This document shows, piece by piece, positions 51,771 to 64,000 of a stretch of DNA of 64,000 bases (position 1 is the first letter of the stretch; every line of letters starts with the position of its first letter). The stretch lies in NCBI GenBank assembly GCA_964016885.1, contig OZ024746.1, forward strand, positions 51,708,001-51,772,000. The letters run 5' to 3'. Under the pieces are notes generated by a model that was not told where the DNA came from, did no database searches, and saw only the letters and a list, made by a program, of their open reading frames with translations. The DNA comes from Eledone cirrhosa. Lineage: Eukaryota. Both the position numbers and the translations under genes were made by a program.

Positions 51771-51778
<8 letters not shown>
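51157..51778 (+). mobile_element. 320-bp HHR unit with terminal redundancy and an inverted 5' copy
   Basis: 51385-51458 is repeated at 51705-51778. 51157-51384 is an inverted copy of about 51513-51741. Confidence 0.8.
51568..51612 (+). ncRNA. Hammerhead, U3:A8 variant (mirror copy at 51284-51328, -)
   Basis: agct TTGATAA gcac-caaaaa-gtgc GAAA cagagctctGTC agct. Confidence 0.82.
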
Positions 51779-51801
<23 letters not shown>

Positions 51802-52009
51802 TTATTTATTTATTTATTTAATATAGAAATGGCTTCTATAGGACTAGAACTATTTCATTCGAAGGAATTCACCAGGAAAGCCCCGATGATTTCCTTCGAA
51901 TGGAACAGTTCCAGTCCTGTAGAAGCCATTTCTACATTAACTATTGATACTCTGCTATGTATTGAGTACCTTACCTACTTCAGATTGAAACCGGGTTACA
52001 CATACACAC

Positions 52010-52083
<74 letters not shown>

Positions 52084-52719
52084 AATTGCATATATATATA
52101 TATATGCAATTCTTCTATTACAATTATACATTTCGTGAGTACTCCAATTACTCTTTGTTGAGTGAGTGAGAACAAACGAGACAACGGAAATCTTTTCCTA
52201 TCGTTCTGTATAACAATATATGTAGTTGTGTGTGTGTGTGTGCGTTGGCGTGTGCGTGTGTGTGTGTGTGTGCAGGTGCTGGTCAAAAGAAAAGACCAAT
52301 CAGCACCCCAAGAAAAGTAAAGAAAGTAAAATGGATAATACAATGCTTACGTCTATGAAACCATTATAATTATATATATATATATATATATAAATGGCTT
52401 CTACAGCACTAGAACTGTTTCATTCGAAGGAAATCATCAAGGCTTTCCTGATCATTTCCTTCGAATGAAACAGTTCTGGTGGTGTAGAAGTCATTTATAT
52501 ATTAATATATCAAACATTTATACTCTACTATGTATTGAGTAACCTACTGACTGCGGTTACTTCAGATTGAACTCGGGATTCACATATCTATCTATCTATA
52601 TATATATATATATATTGTTATAGTTGGGGAGGGTCATATTTGTGTAATATTGCCAGAATTAATAACAGAACACACTCACTGTTTGGTTGGTTTACGCTTT
52701 TGGATTCTGTCTTTTATAT

Positions 52720-52919
52720 NNNNNNNNNNNNNNNNNNNNNNNNNNNNNNNNNNNNNNNNNNNNNNNNNNNNNNNNNNNNNNNNNNNNNNNNNNNNNNNNN
52801 NNNNNNNNNNNNNNNNNNNNNNNNNNNNNNNNNNNNNNNNNNNNNNNNNNNNNNNNNNNNNNNNNNNNNNNNNNNNNNNNNNNNNNNNNNNNNNNNNNNN
52901 NNNNNNNNNNNNNNNNNNN
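52720..52919. other. Assembly gap (about 200 N)
   Basis: Run of N. Confidence 0.99.
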
Positions 52920-53092
52920 AGAAGGTTTTTGGTTGACTTGATGGTGAAATGCGATCCGAAATGAAAGCTGGGTCAAACAATACCAACGATGGGTAAATAC
53001 TATATGTATATATACACATATATATATATCGATGTATTTATGCACAAATGCATGAAGCTCCGAATCTCTCTCTTTCTCGCCCTCTATATATA

Positions 53093-53752
53093 TATAATGA
53101 ATAAAACTGACCAGGATTAAATTGCATTAACTTATTTGATAGATTTACGAACGATTCTTTCAATACAGTAGGAAGTAGCATTTTATTCCTCTGTACTGAA
53201 TTCTTCAGAATCATTAAACAATACAAAAAACATAATTATTTACCAACATGCGGTTGGTAAAGAGCCACGTATGTAATACACAACTACATTAAATACAACC
53301 ACAAGGGTATGGTCCGAACGTGGAAGAGCCGAACTCCTACTGTCATCGCCTCCATCTCTCTCGCCCTCCCTATCTCTCACATACACCTGGTCCGAGCGTG
53401 GAAGACCCGAACTCCCACTGTCATCGCCTCCATCTCTCTCGCCCTCCCCATCTCTCTGTATGGTCAGCAAATGGGGTCTCACGTTCTGGCCTTCCCACAA
53501 CTCCGGCGGACAGAATGGAGAAGGCGTTTCCTCGGAGGATGGTAAGGGAGATTCGCTGGAAGAGCCATTCCAACTCGCGAGGGGCACACCTGCAGCTGGC
53601 CAGCTCTGTTTTTTTTTGTATTTGTTAATGATTCTGATGAATTCAGTACAGAGAAATAACATGCTACTTCCTACTGTATTGAAAGAAACGTTCGTAAATC
53701 CATTAAATAAGTTAATGTAATTTAATTCCGGTTATTTTTATTTATTTTATAT
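53093..53752. mobile_element. Non-coding fold-back with outward-facing HHRs and an internal ~79-bp tandem duplication
   Basis: Arms 53093-53230 and 53612-53752. 53309-53370 is repeated at 53388-53449. Confidence 0.8.
53630..53700 (+). ncRNA. Type I hammerhead (mirror copy 53142-53212 has GAAT instead of GAAA)
   Basis: gatt CTGATGA a-ttcagtacag..ctgtattgaa-a GAAA cgttcGTA aatc. Confidence 0.8.
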
Positions 53753-54385
53753 ATGCTCTGTGATGTTGTAAAACTACTGTGACTGGAAATGTTCTTATTA
53801 GATAAAACTCTGAACTGTCTTTTACCTATCTTGCTGAAGACTATAAAATTTGAGCTTTCAATTATTTTTTGCCATATATGGTTGTATTACCAACTCATCT
53901 AAACTACTTTATAAGTGAAAAAACAATGTTATCTCTGATCGAGGCGAAGCAAGAGTGTATTTGAATACATATAAAAATGCGAAACTCATCGCTAGAACAG
54001 TCGTCAAAACAGCTAAATCCTGTCAAAGACAACGATGGCCAAATGGCTCAGAGGACAGTGACCAGCGGCCAGTAGTCAAAAGAAAGACAACCCTCAAGAT
54101 GAGGTGAAAGGCAGAGGAAATATAGAAATGATTGAAAGAGGGGGAGGACAAGGAGAAGTGTATTGACTCACAGAAGTAACTGGAAGGTGAAAATAAAGAA
54201 AGGTGGAGTACGAGAGTTTATATACTCACATCTTCACCCTCACCATCTCTCAGATCAGCTGATTTGAGAGCTGATTGAGAGTGAAGAGGAGTATATGTAA
54301 AAGATAAAATTATGATACATATACACAGAGACTCACACACACACATATATTGAGAGAGAGAATGAGAGAGGGAAGGTAAAAACCC

Positions 54386-54433
54386 GACCGCGACGCCAAG
54401 CAGTTTCGGCTTGTATTCAGTAAGCCTTTTCAA
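54386..54433 (-). ncRNA. Hammerhead core, U3:A8 variant, 5' strand of helix I lost
   Basis: TTGAAAA ggctt..aagcc GAAA ctgc..gcgGTC. Confidence 0.55.
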
Positions 54434-54467
54434 TATATATACACTCATATATCTATATACACTTACG

Positions 54468-54598
<131 letters not shown>

Positions 54599-54726
54599 TT
54601 ATTAAAATAACAGATTAAAGTTTAAGCAAAGAATCGCTGCTTTCACCCTTAACGGGATCTTCTGAAACATAAATATATATTATGGAGTGCTGTTGGCTTT
54701 TCGCTGCAGTGTTTTCTATACCTTTC

Positions 54727-54775
<49 letters not shown>

Positions 54776-54902
54776 CGTGTGTGTGTGTTTACATATATAT
54801 GTAAACATATAAATATATATATATATATACATATATAAATATATATATATTTATATATATATATGTGTGTGTGTGTTTATATATATATGTTTATATATAT
54901 AT

Positions 54903-55729
54903 TATAATTACACAATAATCAATACATGTTCAAATTATTTTATTGCTGACAATCGTTTCTTCCAAACTTTCATTTGGAATCATCGGAACACTAGCAAAGT
55001 TTGGACATATAATAATATTAATACTCTCAACACATACACATTTGAACATTACAGAAACCATTATCGCACTACATCCACCATAAACTGATAATTTTAATAC
55101 ACAAACATCTTTGCCTGCTTGATATGCTTGTAAACCTATGTTATTTAATGTGATAGCTTTGCCATACAGAAATTATATATGCCTAGTACCATTGCTTGTT
55201 TCCTACCTAGGTGTCCTGTATATGCCTAACGCATTTGCACTCTCTATACGCTTGCATATGTACTGCTAGTGTCTTCGTTTTACGAGTAAATTTCTACCTT
55301 AATGCCTCTTTAATTATTATACTATCCCTTGTAATCTCTGTCACATGCATTTCACTCTGTGCCTCTTTAATTGCTATACAATTCTCTTGTAATCTCTGTC
55401 ACATCCACTCCAATCTGTAAATATGAAACTGTTGATGACAACATTAATATCCATGTATCTATATGATCGTTCAGTTGAAAAGGAAATTAATTATATGTCC
55501 AAACTTTGCTAGTGCTCCGATGAATCCAAACGAAAGTTTGGAAGAAACGATTGTCAGCAATAAAATGATTTGAACATAATTTTGATTATTGTGTAATTTA
55601 TATTCCTGCACTGTAAAACATCTCATGTATTTACATTGATCTATTTTTCTTACTGGTAATAAGGTAGTAATGAGTTACTGACCTTTCCAGTTTATAGTTG
55701 TATATAGTGTATATATAACTATAAATAAT

Positions 55730-55735
<6 letters not shown>
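54903..55735. mobile_element. Non-coding fold-back with outward-facing U4C HHRs plus a tail
   Basis: Arms 54903-55013 and 55489-55601. The tail is homologous to 63475-63570. Confidence 0.8.
55513..55559 (+). ncRNA. Hammerhead, CCGAUGA variant (mirror copy 54944-54990, -)
   Basis: tgct CCGATGA a-tccaaac-gaaa-gtttgga-a GAAA cgattGTC agca. Confidence 0.8.
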
Positions 55736-55798
<63 letters not shown>

Positions 55799-55888
55799 TC
55801 ACACCAGATGTCAGAAGAAACAAGATACAATGACTCCAGAAATATTTTGTGAAAGGAACATTCATTTACTTTCTCTGGGATTATATAT

Positions 55889-57530
55889 ACACACCACCAC
55901 ACCACCACACCACACCACCACACCACCACACCACCACTACACCACTCAACTATACCACCACACCACTACGCCACCACCACAGCACACCACCACACCATCA
56001 CACCTCCACGCCACCACACCACCATACCACCACACCACCACACCACCACACAACTACACCACTACACCACACCACACTACCACACCACCACACCACCACA
56101 CCACCACACCACACCACCACACCGCACCACTACACCACCACACCATCACACCACCACGCCACTACTCCACTACACCACCACACAACTACACCACCACACC
56201 ACACCACTACACTACCACACCACCATACCACCACACCACATCACCATCACACCACCACACCACACCACTACACTACCACACCACCACACTACTACACAAC
56301 AAACACCACCACACCACTACACTACCACACCACCACACCACTACACAACCACACCACCACACCACCACTCAACTACACCACTACACCACACCACACCACC
56401 ATACCACCACACCACCACACCACACCTCCACATCGCACCACTACACCACACCACCACACCACTACACCACCACACCACTACACTCCCACACCACCACACC
56501 ACCAACCATCAAACACTCTACCTCCTCCACCTATCATAGCCCACACACTCACCCGACCCCTAATTATAATTGTTTCTACGTTTGGCACAAGGCCAGCAAT
56601 TACCAGTGTATTACTGGTACTTTATTTTATCGACCCCGTAAGGATGAAAGGCAAAGTTAATCTCGGCGGGATTTGAACTCAGAATGGCAAGGGCCGTAAC
56701 TCTATGCATCAAAGCATGGCATGCGACCTTCTACCGATACTGCCAATCCACCGCACACCAAACACTTACCACTACAACCACTCTCTACCACAATAACCCC
56801 ACCACTCTATTACACGCACCAACACACCACACCACTACGCCCAATACCTATACACCATCCCTTATCCACCATTACCACACCACTACAAGCAACTACTATC
56901 AAAACCACATTTAACCACATTGCACTACCACACCACCACCACACCACACCGCCACCACACCAAACCAACGCACCACACCACACCACCACCACTACACCAC
57001 ACCACCACCACTACACCACACCACCACCACTACACCACACCCAACACACCACTACAAACAACTACTATCACAACCACATTTAACCACATTGCACCACCAC
57101 ACCACCACCAGACCACACCGCCAACACACCACACCACACCAAACCACCACACCACCTCCTCCACACCACACCAAACCAACACACCACCACCACACCACCA
57201 CCCCACCACACTACCACCACCACACCACACCACCATCACACTAAACCACACACCACCACCACCACACCACCACCACACCAAACCACCACCTCACCAAACC
57301 ACCACACTAAACCACCACACCACCACCACACCACCATCACCACACCACCAGCACACCACCACCACACCACCACCACTACACCACACCCAACACACCACTA
57401 CAAACAACTACTATCACAACCACATTTAACCACATTGCACCGAATAGCCACCCAACACCACCCACGGCCACCACCAGTACTGTTACTACTACAAACGCCA
57501 CCATCACCACTTCCATTAATATTACTACAC
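55889..57530. repeat. (CAC/CACAC)n low-complexity repeat, interrupted by a SINE
   Basis: Directly visible. Confidence 0.95.
56566..56753 (-). mobile_element. Octopus-type tRNA SINE
   Basis: Reverse complement of the family at 35690 and 59472. Confidence 0.85.
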
Positions 57531-57703
57531 TGTTGCCTACAATACTAACAACAAGGGTGATTTATTGCCTCATTGGTTCAACTTAGCTGTGATTAACCAC
57601 TTAAAACCCTTAGCTAATATACTTCCCTACTGGGGGTGTATATAAATATGTATATATATATATGTATATTTATGTATATATTCTTATATTTATGCACTTA
57701 TCC

Positions 57704-57767
<64 letters not shown>

Positions 57768-57785
57768 ATAAGTGCATAAATATTA

Positions 57786-57915
<130 letters not shown>

Positions 57916-57989
57916 GAATTAGAAGCTATGAACAAGTGAACTTGCTAAGTTCGTAGCTTCTAATTCAAATGGAAGGAGATGGGATGTGT

Positions 57990-58200
57990 ATTGGTGTAAT
58001 GGTAGCACAGTGGTCTGGATAACCAAATATGTGGGTTCGACTCCCATCTACGGCAACACTCATCTTTTTCCATTTCTCCGAGGGTTATAAACCCCCACTA
58101 TCAGGCTTGAAATTTCTTTAGTCTAAAATACGGTGAAAGCTTATAATTTCTTATTTCAAACTCGCGCACCGTTTCAAAAACATATTTACATGTTTACGTT
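57990..58200 (+). mobile_element. Second tRNA-like SINE family (another copy at about 60410-60600)
   Basis: A box TAGCACAGTGG and B box GGTTCGACTCC, with a shared body. Confidence 0.65.
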
Positions 58201-58278
58201 TATAATTTGCTTGTATATATATATATATATATATATATTTTACTATATATATAGATCTACATATATATATATATGTAC

Positions 58279-58325
<47 letters not shown>

Positions 58326-58413
58326 TATATATATATGTATATATATATATGTACATATATATGTATATATGTGTGTGTGTATATATATATATATGTGTGT
58401 GTGTGCGTGTGTG

Positions 58414-58474
<61 letters not shown>

Positions 58475-58772
58475 CTGTTGATACAGTTAATTCTGCGCTT
58501 AGGATTTCTACAGTTTCAAAATTATCAAATCGACCAGTGCTACGGTAATTTATAAAACCTTGTCTACATCCAAGCTGTTCAGTATATCTTATTATATTTG
58601 ACGGTGTCAGCCTAATGGTTAAAGAATTTGGCCGGAATTCATGGGATGCGAAGTTCAATCCCAGCTGCTGATCGAACTTTCTCCGTCGTTGGGTTTTTTT
58701 TACTCGAATTCCTAAATTATTATGAGAGCCTTCGTTCCAGTTAATTTATGCGTTTGGGATTCTTACACACAC

Positions 58773-58824
<52 letters not shown>

Positions 58825-59051
58825 TCTCTTGGGTTCTTATATATTTTATATATATTTATCCTTATCGAGCCCTCTTTGGATTTTAGTCTTCGCATTTATT
58901 ATTATTACTATTCGATAGTCGATCGACAAGATCCCATACCCTATTCGCTTAACGAGTGGGGTGGTACTCGTCGAAACAGACCGCGGAAACAATATATATA
59001 TATATATAAAAATAAAAATAAAAATGTTCGCTCTACATGGCTGAATACAAT

Positions 59052-59688
59052 AAATGTATCTGAGTTTTTCGAATATTAATAATTGTTTCTACTTTAGGCA
59101 CAAGGCCAGCAATTACCCAGTGCATTACTGGTACTTTATTTTATCGACCCCGTAAGGATGAAAGGCAAAGTCAACCTCGGCGGGATTTGAACTCAAATCG
59201 TAAAGAGACGTAACTCTGCTGGAAAGCATGGCGTCCGACCCTCTACCGATACTGCCAATCCACCTCGATTCGTTTGCAATTATGCAAACAAGCCTCATTT
59301 TTAAAGCCATGTCAGTAGAATGAACCCCTCATTCTTGCTCTTGTGTTGGCAGAAATGCAGACATTAATGTTTCTGGGTATCACCTTTTATCATTCTACTG
59401 ACATGGCTTTAAAAATGAGGCTTGTTTGCATAATTGCAAACGAATCGAAAGTTATTATTAATATTCGAAAAGAGCGGTGGATTGGCAGTATCGGTACAGG
59501 GTCTGACGCCATGATTTGCAGCAAAGAGTTACGGCCCTTTATGGTCTGAGTTCAAATCCCGCCGAGGTTAACTTTGCCTTTCATCCTTATGCGGTCGATA
59601 AAATAAAGCACCAGTAATACACTGGGATAATTGCTGGCCTTGTGCCAAAAGTAGAAGCAATTATTAATATTCGAAAAATTCAGATTAC

Positions 59689-59692
<4 letters not shown>
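59052..59692. mobile_element. Fold-back whose two arms each contain the same SINE; degenerate HHR at about 59412-59455
   Basis: Arms about 59052-59303 and 59390-59692. SINE 59472-59659 has an 18-bp TSD attattaatattcgaaaa. Confidence 0.8.
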
Positions 59693-59771
<79 letters not shown>

Positions 59772-60236
59772 TGTGTGTCTTTATTTGTCTATGTAATCGT
59801 TATGTCATATTTTTTCTATTGTTGATGTTGCAGTCATACAGCACCAGAACTAACACTGACAACTGTAAAACCTGATAACGTGGTCAAATGGAAAATGAAT
59901 CAGTTGGACAGAAACCAAAATGGAGTAAGTCATTCCTACATCACTACTATATTTCTACCATCTTTCTCATCCATCTTCTCCGATGACGACTGTCTTTTTT
60001 AGGGCTTCGTCCAGAGATCTCCAAATATTTTAGACCAACGATCCGTTTCATGGAATCTTTGCCCCTTTATTGACTCCAGGCATATACAAAAATATATGAA
60101 TTAGTTGACAGAATATAAAATATATAGACAATAAAACAGCCGTGGGTAAATCTTTCTCATCTTCTTCTCATCTTTCTTTTCCTATGACGACTGTCTTTTT
60201 TAGGACTTCATTCAGAGATCTCCAAACATTTTAGAC

Positions 60237-60792
60237 CAGAGGTAATCAAAGTAGTCGCCTCTTCCCCCTCCCTCGGGCGTTGTGAAGGTCCAGGGGTTGC
60301 TGAGGCCTAAGGGGGCGATGGGAGTGGGTAAAAATGATATAATAGTATATTAAATATCAAATGATACATATTATATATGTAAAATGATACATATTATATA
60401 TGTAAAATAGGGTGATAGCATAGTGGTCTGGATAACCAAAGTTGTGGGTTCAACTCCCACGTACATCAATACTCATCTTTTTTTCCATTTCCTAGGGGGT
60501 TCTAAACCCCACTATCAGGCTAAAATTTCTTTAGTCAAAAATACAGGGAAGCTTCTATTTCTAATTTCAAACTCGCTTGCTGTTTCAAAACATACTTACT
60601 TGTCAAAAAATATATAATATTTATTTATAGATGGTATATATTATATTATTTATTATATATAAATTAACTATATTATTTATATATTATTTACAATTTGCGT
60701 GTAGGCAGGTCTCTCTGGAAATAGGGTGGGGGCGCTAAGGGTATTATGTGGCCGTGAGGAGGACAGTAGCCGCAAAAGTTTGAGAACCTTTG
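60237..60792. mobile_element. hAT-type non-autonomous DNA transposon containing a SINE
   Basis: Imperfect TIRs cagaggtaatcaaagt / aagtttgagaacctttg, and 8-bp TSD TTTTAGAC. Confidence 0.7.
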
Positions 60793-60901
60793 TTTTAGAC
60801 CGGTGATCCCTTTCATGGAATGTTTGATCCCTCATTGACTCCAGACATGTTAAAAAATATATCAATTAGTTGACGGAATATAAAATATATAGACAATAAA
60901 G

Positions 60902-61069
60902 CAGTCGTGGGCAAACTGCGGCCCGGGAGCCGCATACGACCCGTTTGGCTTTCTGAATGGCACACCTAATTTCAAAATTGTCTTGAATCTTTTTAGTGGT
61001 GCGGCTTGCCATATGATGAACGAACCACATTCTATGCGGCCCACTGCTCGAAAATTTTGCCCATGCCTG
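60902..61069. mobile_element. hAT-type MITE
   Basis: TIRs cagtcgtgggcaaa / tttgcccatgcctg, and 8-bp TSD caataaag/caataagg. Confidence 0.75.
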
Positions 61070-62359
61070 CAATAAGGATTAATTATAATTCCGAAATCTG
61101 TATATACAAGTCGTATTAGATCGCTAGCATTTTATGTATTATCATTTCTTACTCACATATCAGGTTTTGTCTCGAAAGTTCAATCGTCCTACTGTGTAAC
61201 TCCACCGAGATTTGAGGTTCGATATCGACCACGTTAGGGGCCACAGACTTAGTCAAATGAGGATGATTACCGTCTTTGATGTATTGCATGCCTAGAAGGC
61301 TGATGGGAATGGATGAAAAAAATCCCAACTTATGAAATGCAGCACTGGAAAGCTGGGTAACAAAATGTCGAATTATCTGAAAGCCGAAAACCTTATCCAA
61401 ATGCTTGCTATAACAAGCATGTTAAGTCAATTTTATTCGCTAAGGAAGGGATTATTCTTGCGTGCAGTGTAACATGAAGTCCTTTGTGAGGTAAAGTGTG
61501 TAGCCGGATACTCTTTCTGGCACCGACCTTTTTAATTGCTTCTGACGGTATGCCTCCTTTCACTGTAAAAGCAGTGACACTTCAGCTAGGCAAATATCAG
61601 CAACGGAATGAAAACATAATTTCCTTGATCCGATTTATTGGCTTCTCTTTTTTTTCCTTCCCTTCAATCATGTTTATTATATATTAATTTATTAATTAAT
61701 TTTCACCTTCCTATCCCTCTCTTACCAACATTCTAAATGAAGTATTTGGAACGCAAAGAACTCAGAAAATTCAAAAAAGATTTACGCAAACGGAAGAAAA
61801 AATCTCGGAAATGTGGCCGTAATTTTCTGCGTTATTGTGATGAAGACCAGGACAAAATAATAACATTAGCTGAATTGATTGATTGTATGGGAGTAAACCG
61901 TGAGTAGCAAATATATATATATACCCACATGTGCTTTTCTGATAATTTCTTTTGACTGAAGCAGTTCTAGTCTTGAAGAAGCCATTTATATAAATATAGG
62001 TATTAGAGGTGCAAATTGTGTCCGTAGGCGGTATGCTAAGATGAGCACTCGATACTTGTGGGGAGCAGAGTATCAATAATGATATATAAGCGAATAAAGA
62101 ATCAATGTTGCATTATATACATATTTAATTACAAATTACATATGTTTCACTGCCGATCAGCTCGCTGGATGACCGGTTAATGTTCGATCCTGACTCTGAA
62201 ATCGGAAGCTCCTCGGATATGTGTTCACATGTAGACTGCTGATTGTCAGGGAAACATATGTAATATGTAATTAAATATGTATATGATGCAACACTGATTC
62301 TTTGTTCTTTTATATATACATATATATATATATGTGTGTGTGTGTATGTGTGTGTGTGT

Positions 62360-62520
62360 GGAAAGATTCAGGACCCCGACAGCTGAGCTCCGGCCGTTTC
62401 GACAGCTAGATCCGAACAGCTGTAGAAACGGCCACAGCTGAGCCGTCGGGGTCTTGAATCTTTTCATATTACCCACTCTACTACCCCAAGTATCGAGTAC
62501 CTAGTATTTTACCACACCCT
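62360..62520. mobile_element. Palindrome of two HHR 3' halves plus a tail
   Basis: GAAA cggc..gccGTC ggggtc appears on both strands. Tail actctact..gtatcgagtacct. Confidence 0.55.
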
Positions 62521-62569
62521 ATTTGATATATATATATATACATATATATATAAACGTATATATATATAT

Positions 62570-63723
<1,154 letters not shown>

Positions 63724-63744
63724 GTATATATATATATATATAAA

Positions 63745-63783
<39 letters not shown>

Positions 63784-63831
63784 GTGTGTATATATATATA
63801 TATATATATATAAACGTATATATATATAAAC

Positions 63832-63883
<52 letters not shown>

Positions 63884-63900
63884 GTATATATATATAAACG

Positions 63901-63931
<31 letters not shown>

Positions 63932-64000
63932 ACACTCTTGAACATGTAGCATCTTGAATTAATGCAATGTTGGACTGATATATTGCCAGGCTCATATATC

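Noticed and set aside
55830-57429. His/Thr/Pro-rich ORFs
   Set aside because: They translate (CAC)n repeats, are open in several frames and are interrupted by a SINE.
61157-61376. Possible host exon on the minus strand (tttcag..gtgagt, open frame)
   Set aside because: No recognisable protein similarity, and an alternative frame with a faint winged-helix-like pattern has several stops. It needs RNA-seq or tBLASTn.

Overview
AT-rich, repeat-saturated animal DNA in which I find no recognisable host gene. The (TA)n sea and the SINE families suggest an octopus or other cephalopod genome (inference). Long (TA)n and TA/CA microsatellites carry nested retroelements: a CR1/L2-group LINE, a Tx1/L1-group LINE, R4/Dong-like fragments, tRNA/CORE SINEs, hAT MITEs, a Helitron-like end and at least five Penelope-like element (PLE; RT plus C-terminal GIY-YIG) copies or remnants. 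The main hidden signal is about 40 hammerhead-ribozyme (HHR)-like motifs read by eye, about 25 of them well formed, from more than 12 unrelated sequence families. They occur at PLE pseudo-LTR (pLTR) ends, in a 465-469 bp tandem array with one HHR per monomer (retrozyme-like), in 320-594 bp terminally redundant units, and in many small non-coding fold-back elements with two head-to-head HHRs. Recurrent core variants (U3:A8, U4C, missing or giant helix II, unpaired 10.1/11.1) and a shared downstream YATTGAG motif suggest a diverse, TA-targeted set of non-autonomous ribozyme retroelements mobilised by PLEs. All ribozyme calls come from manual motif and pairing inspection and have not been tested by covariance search or cleavage assay. 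Almost all ORFs in the supplied track are microsatellite artefacts.
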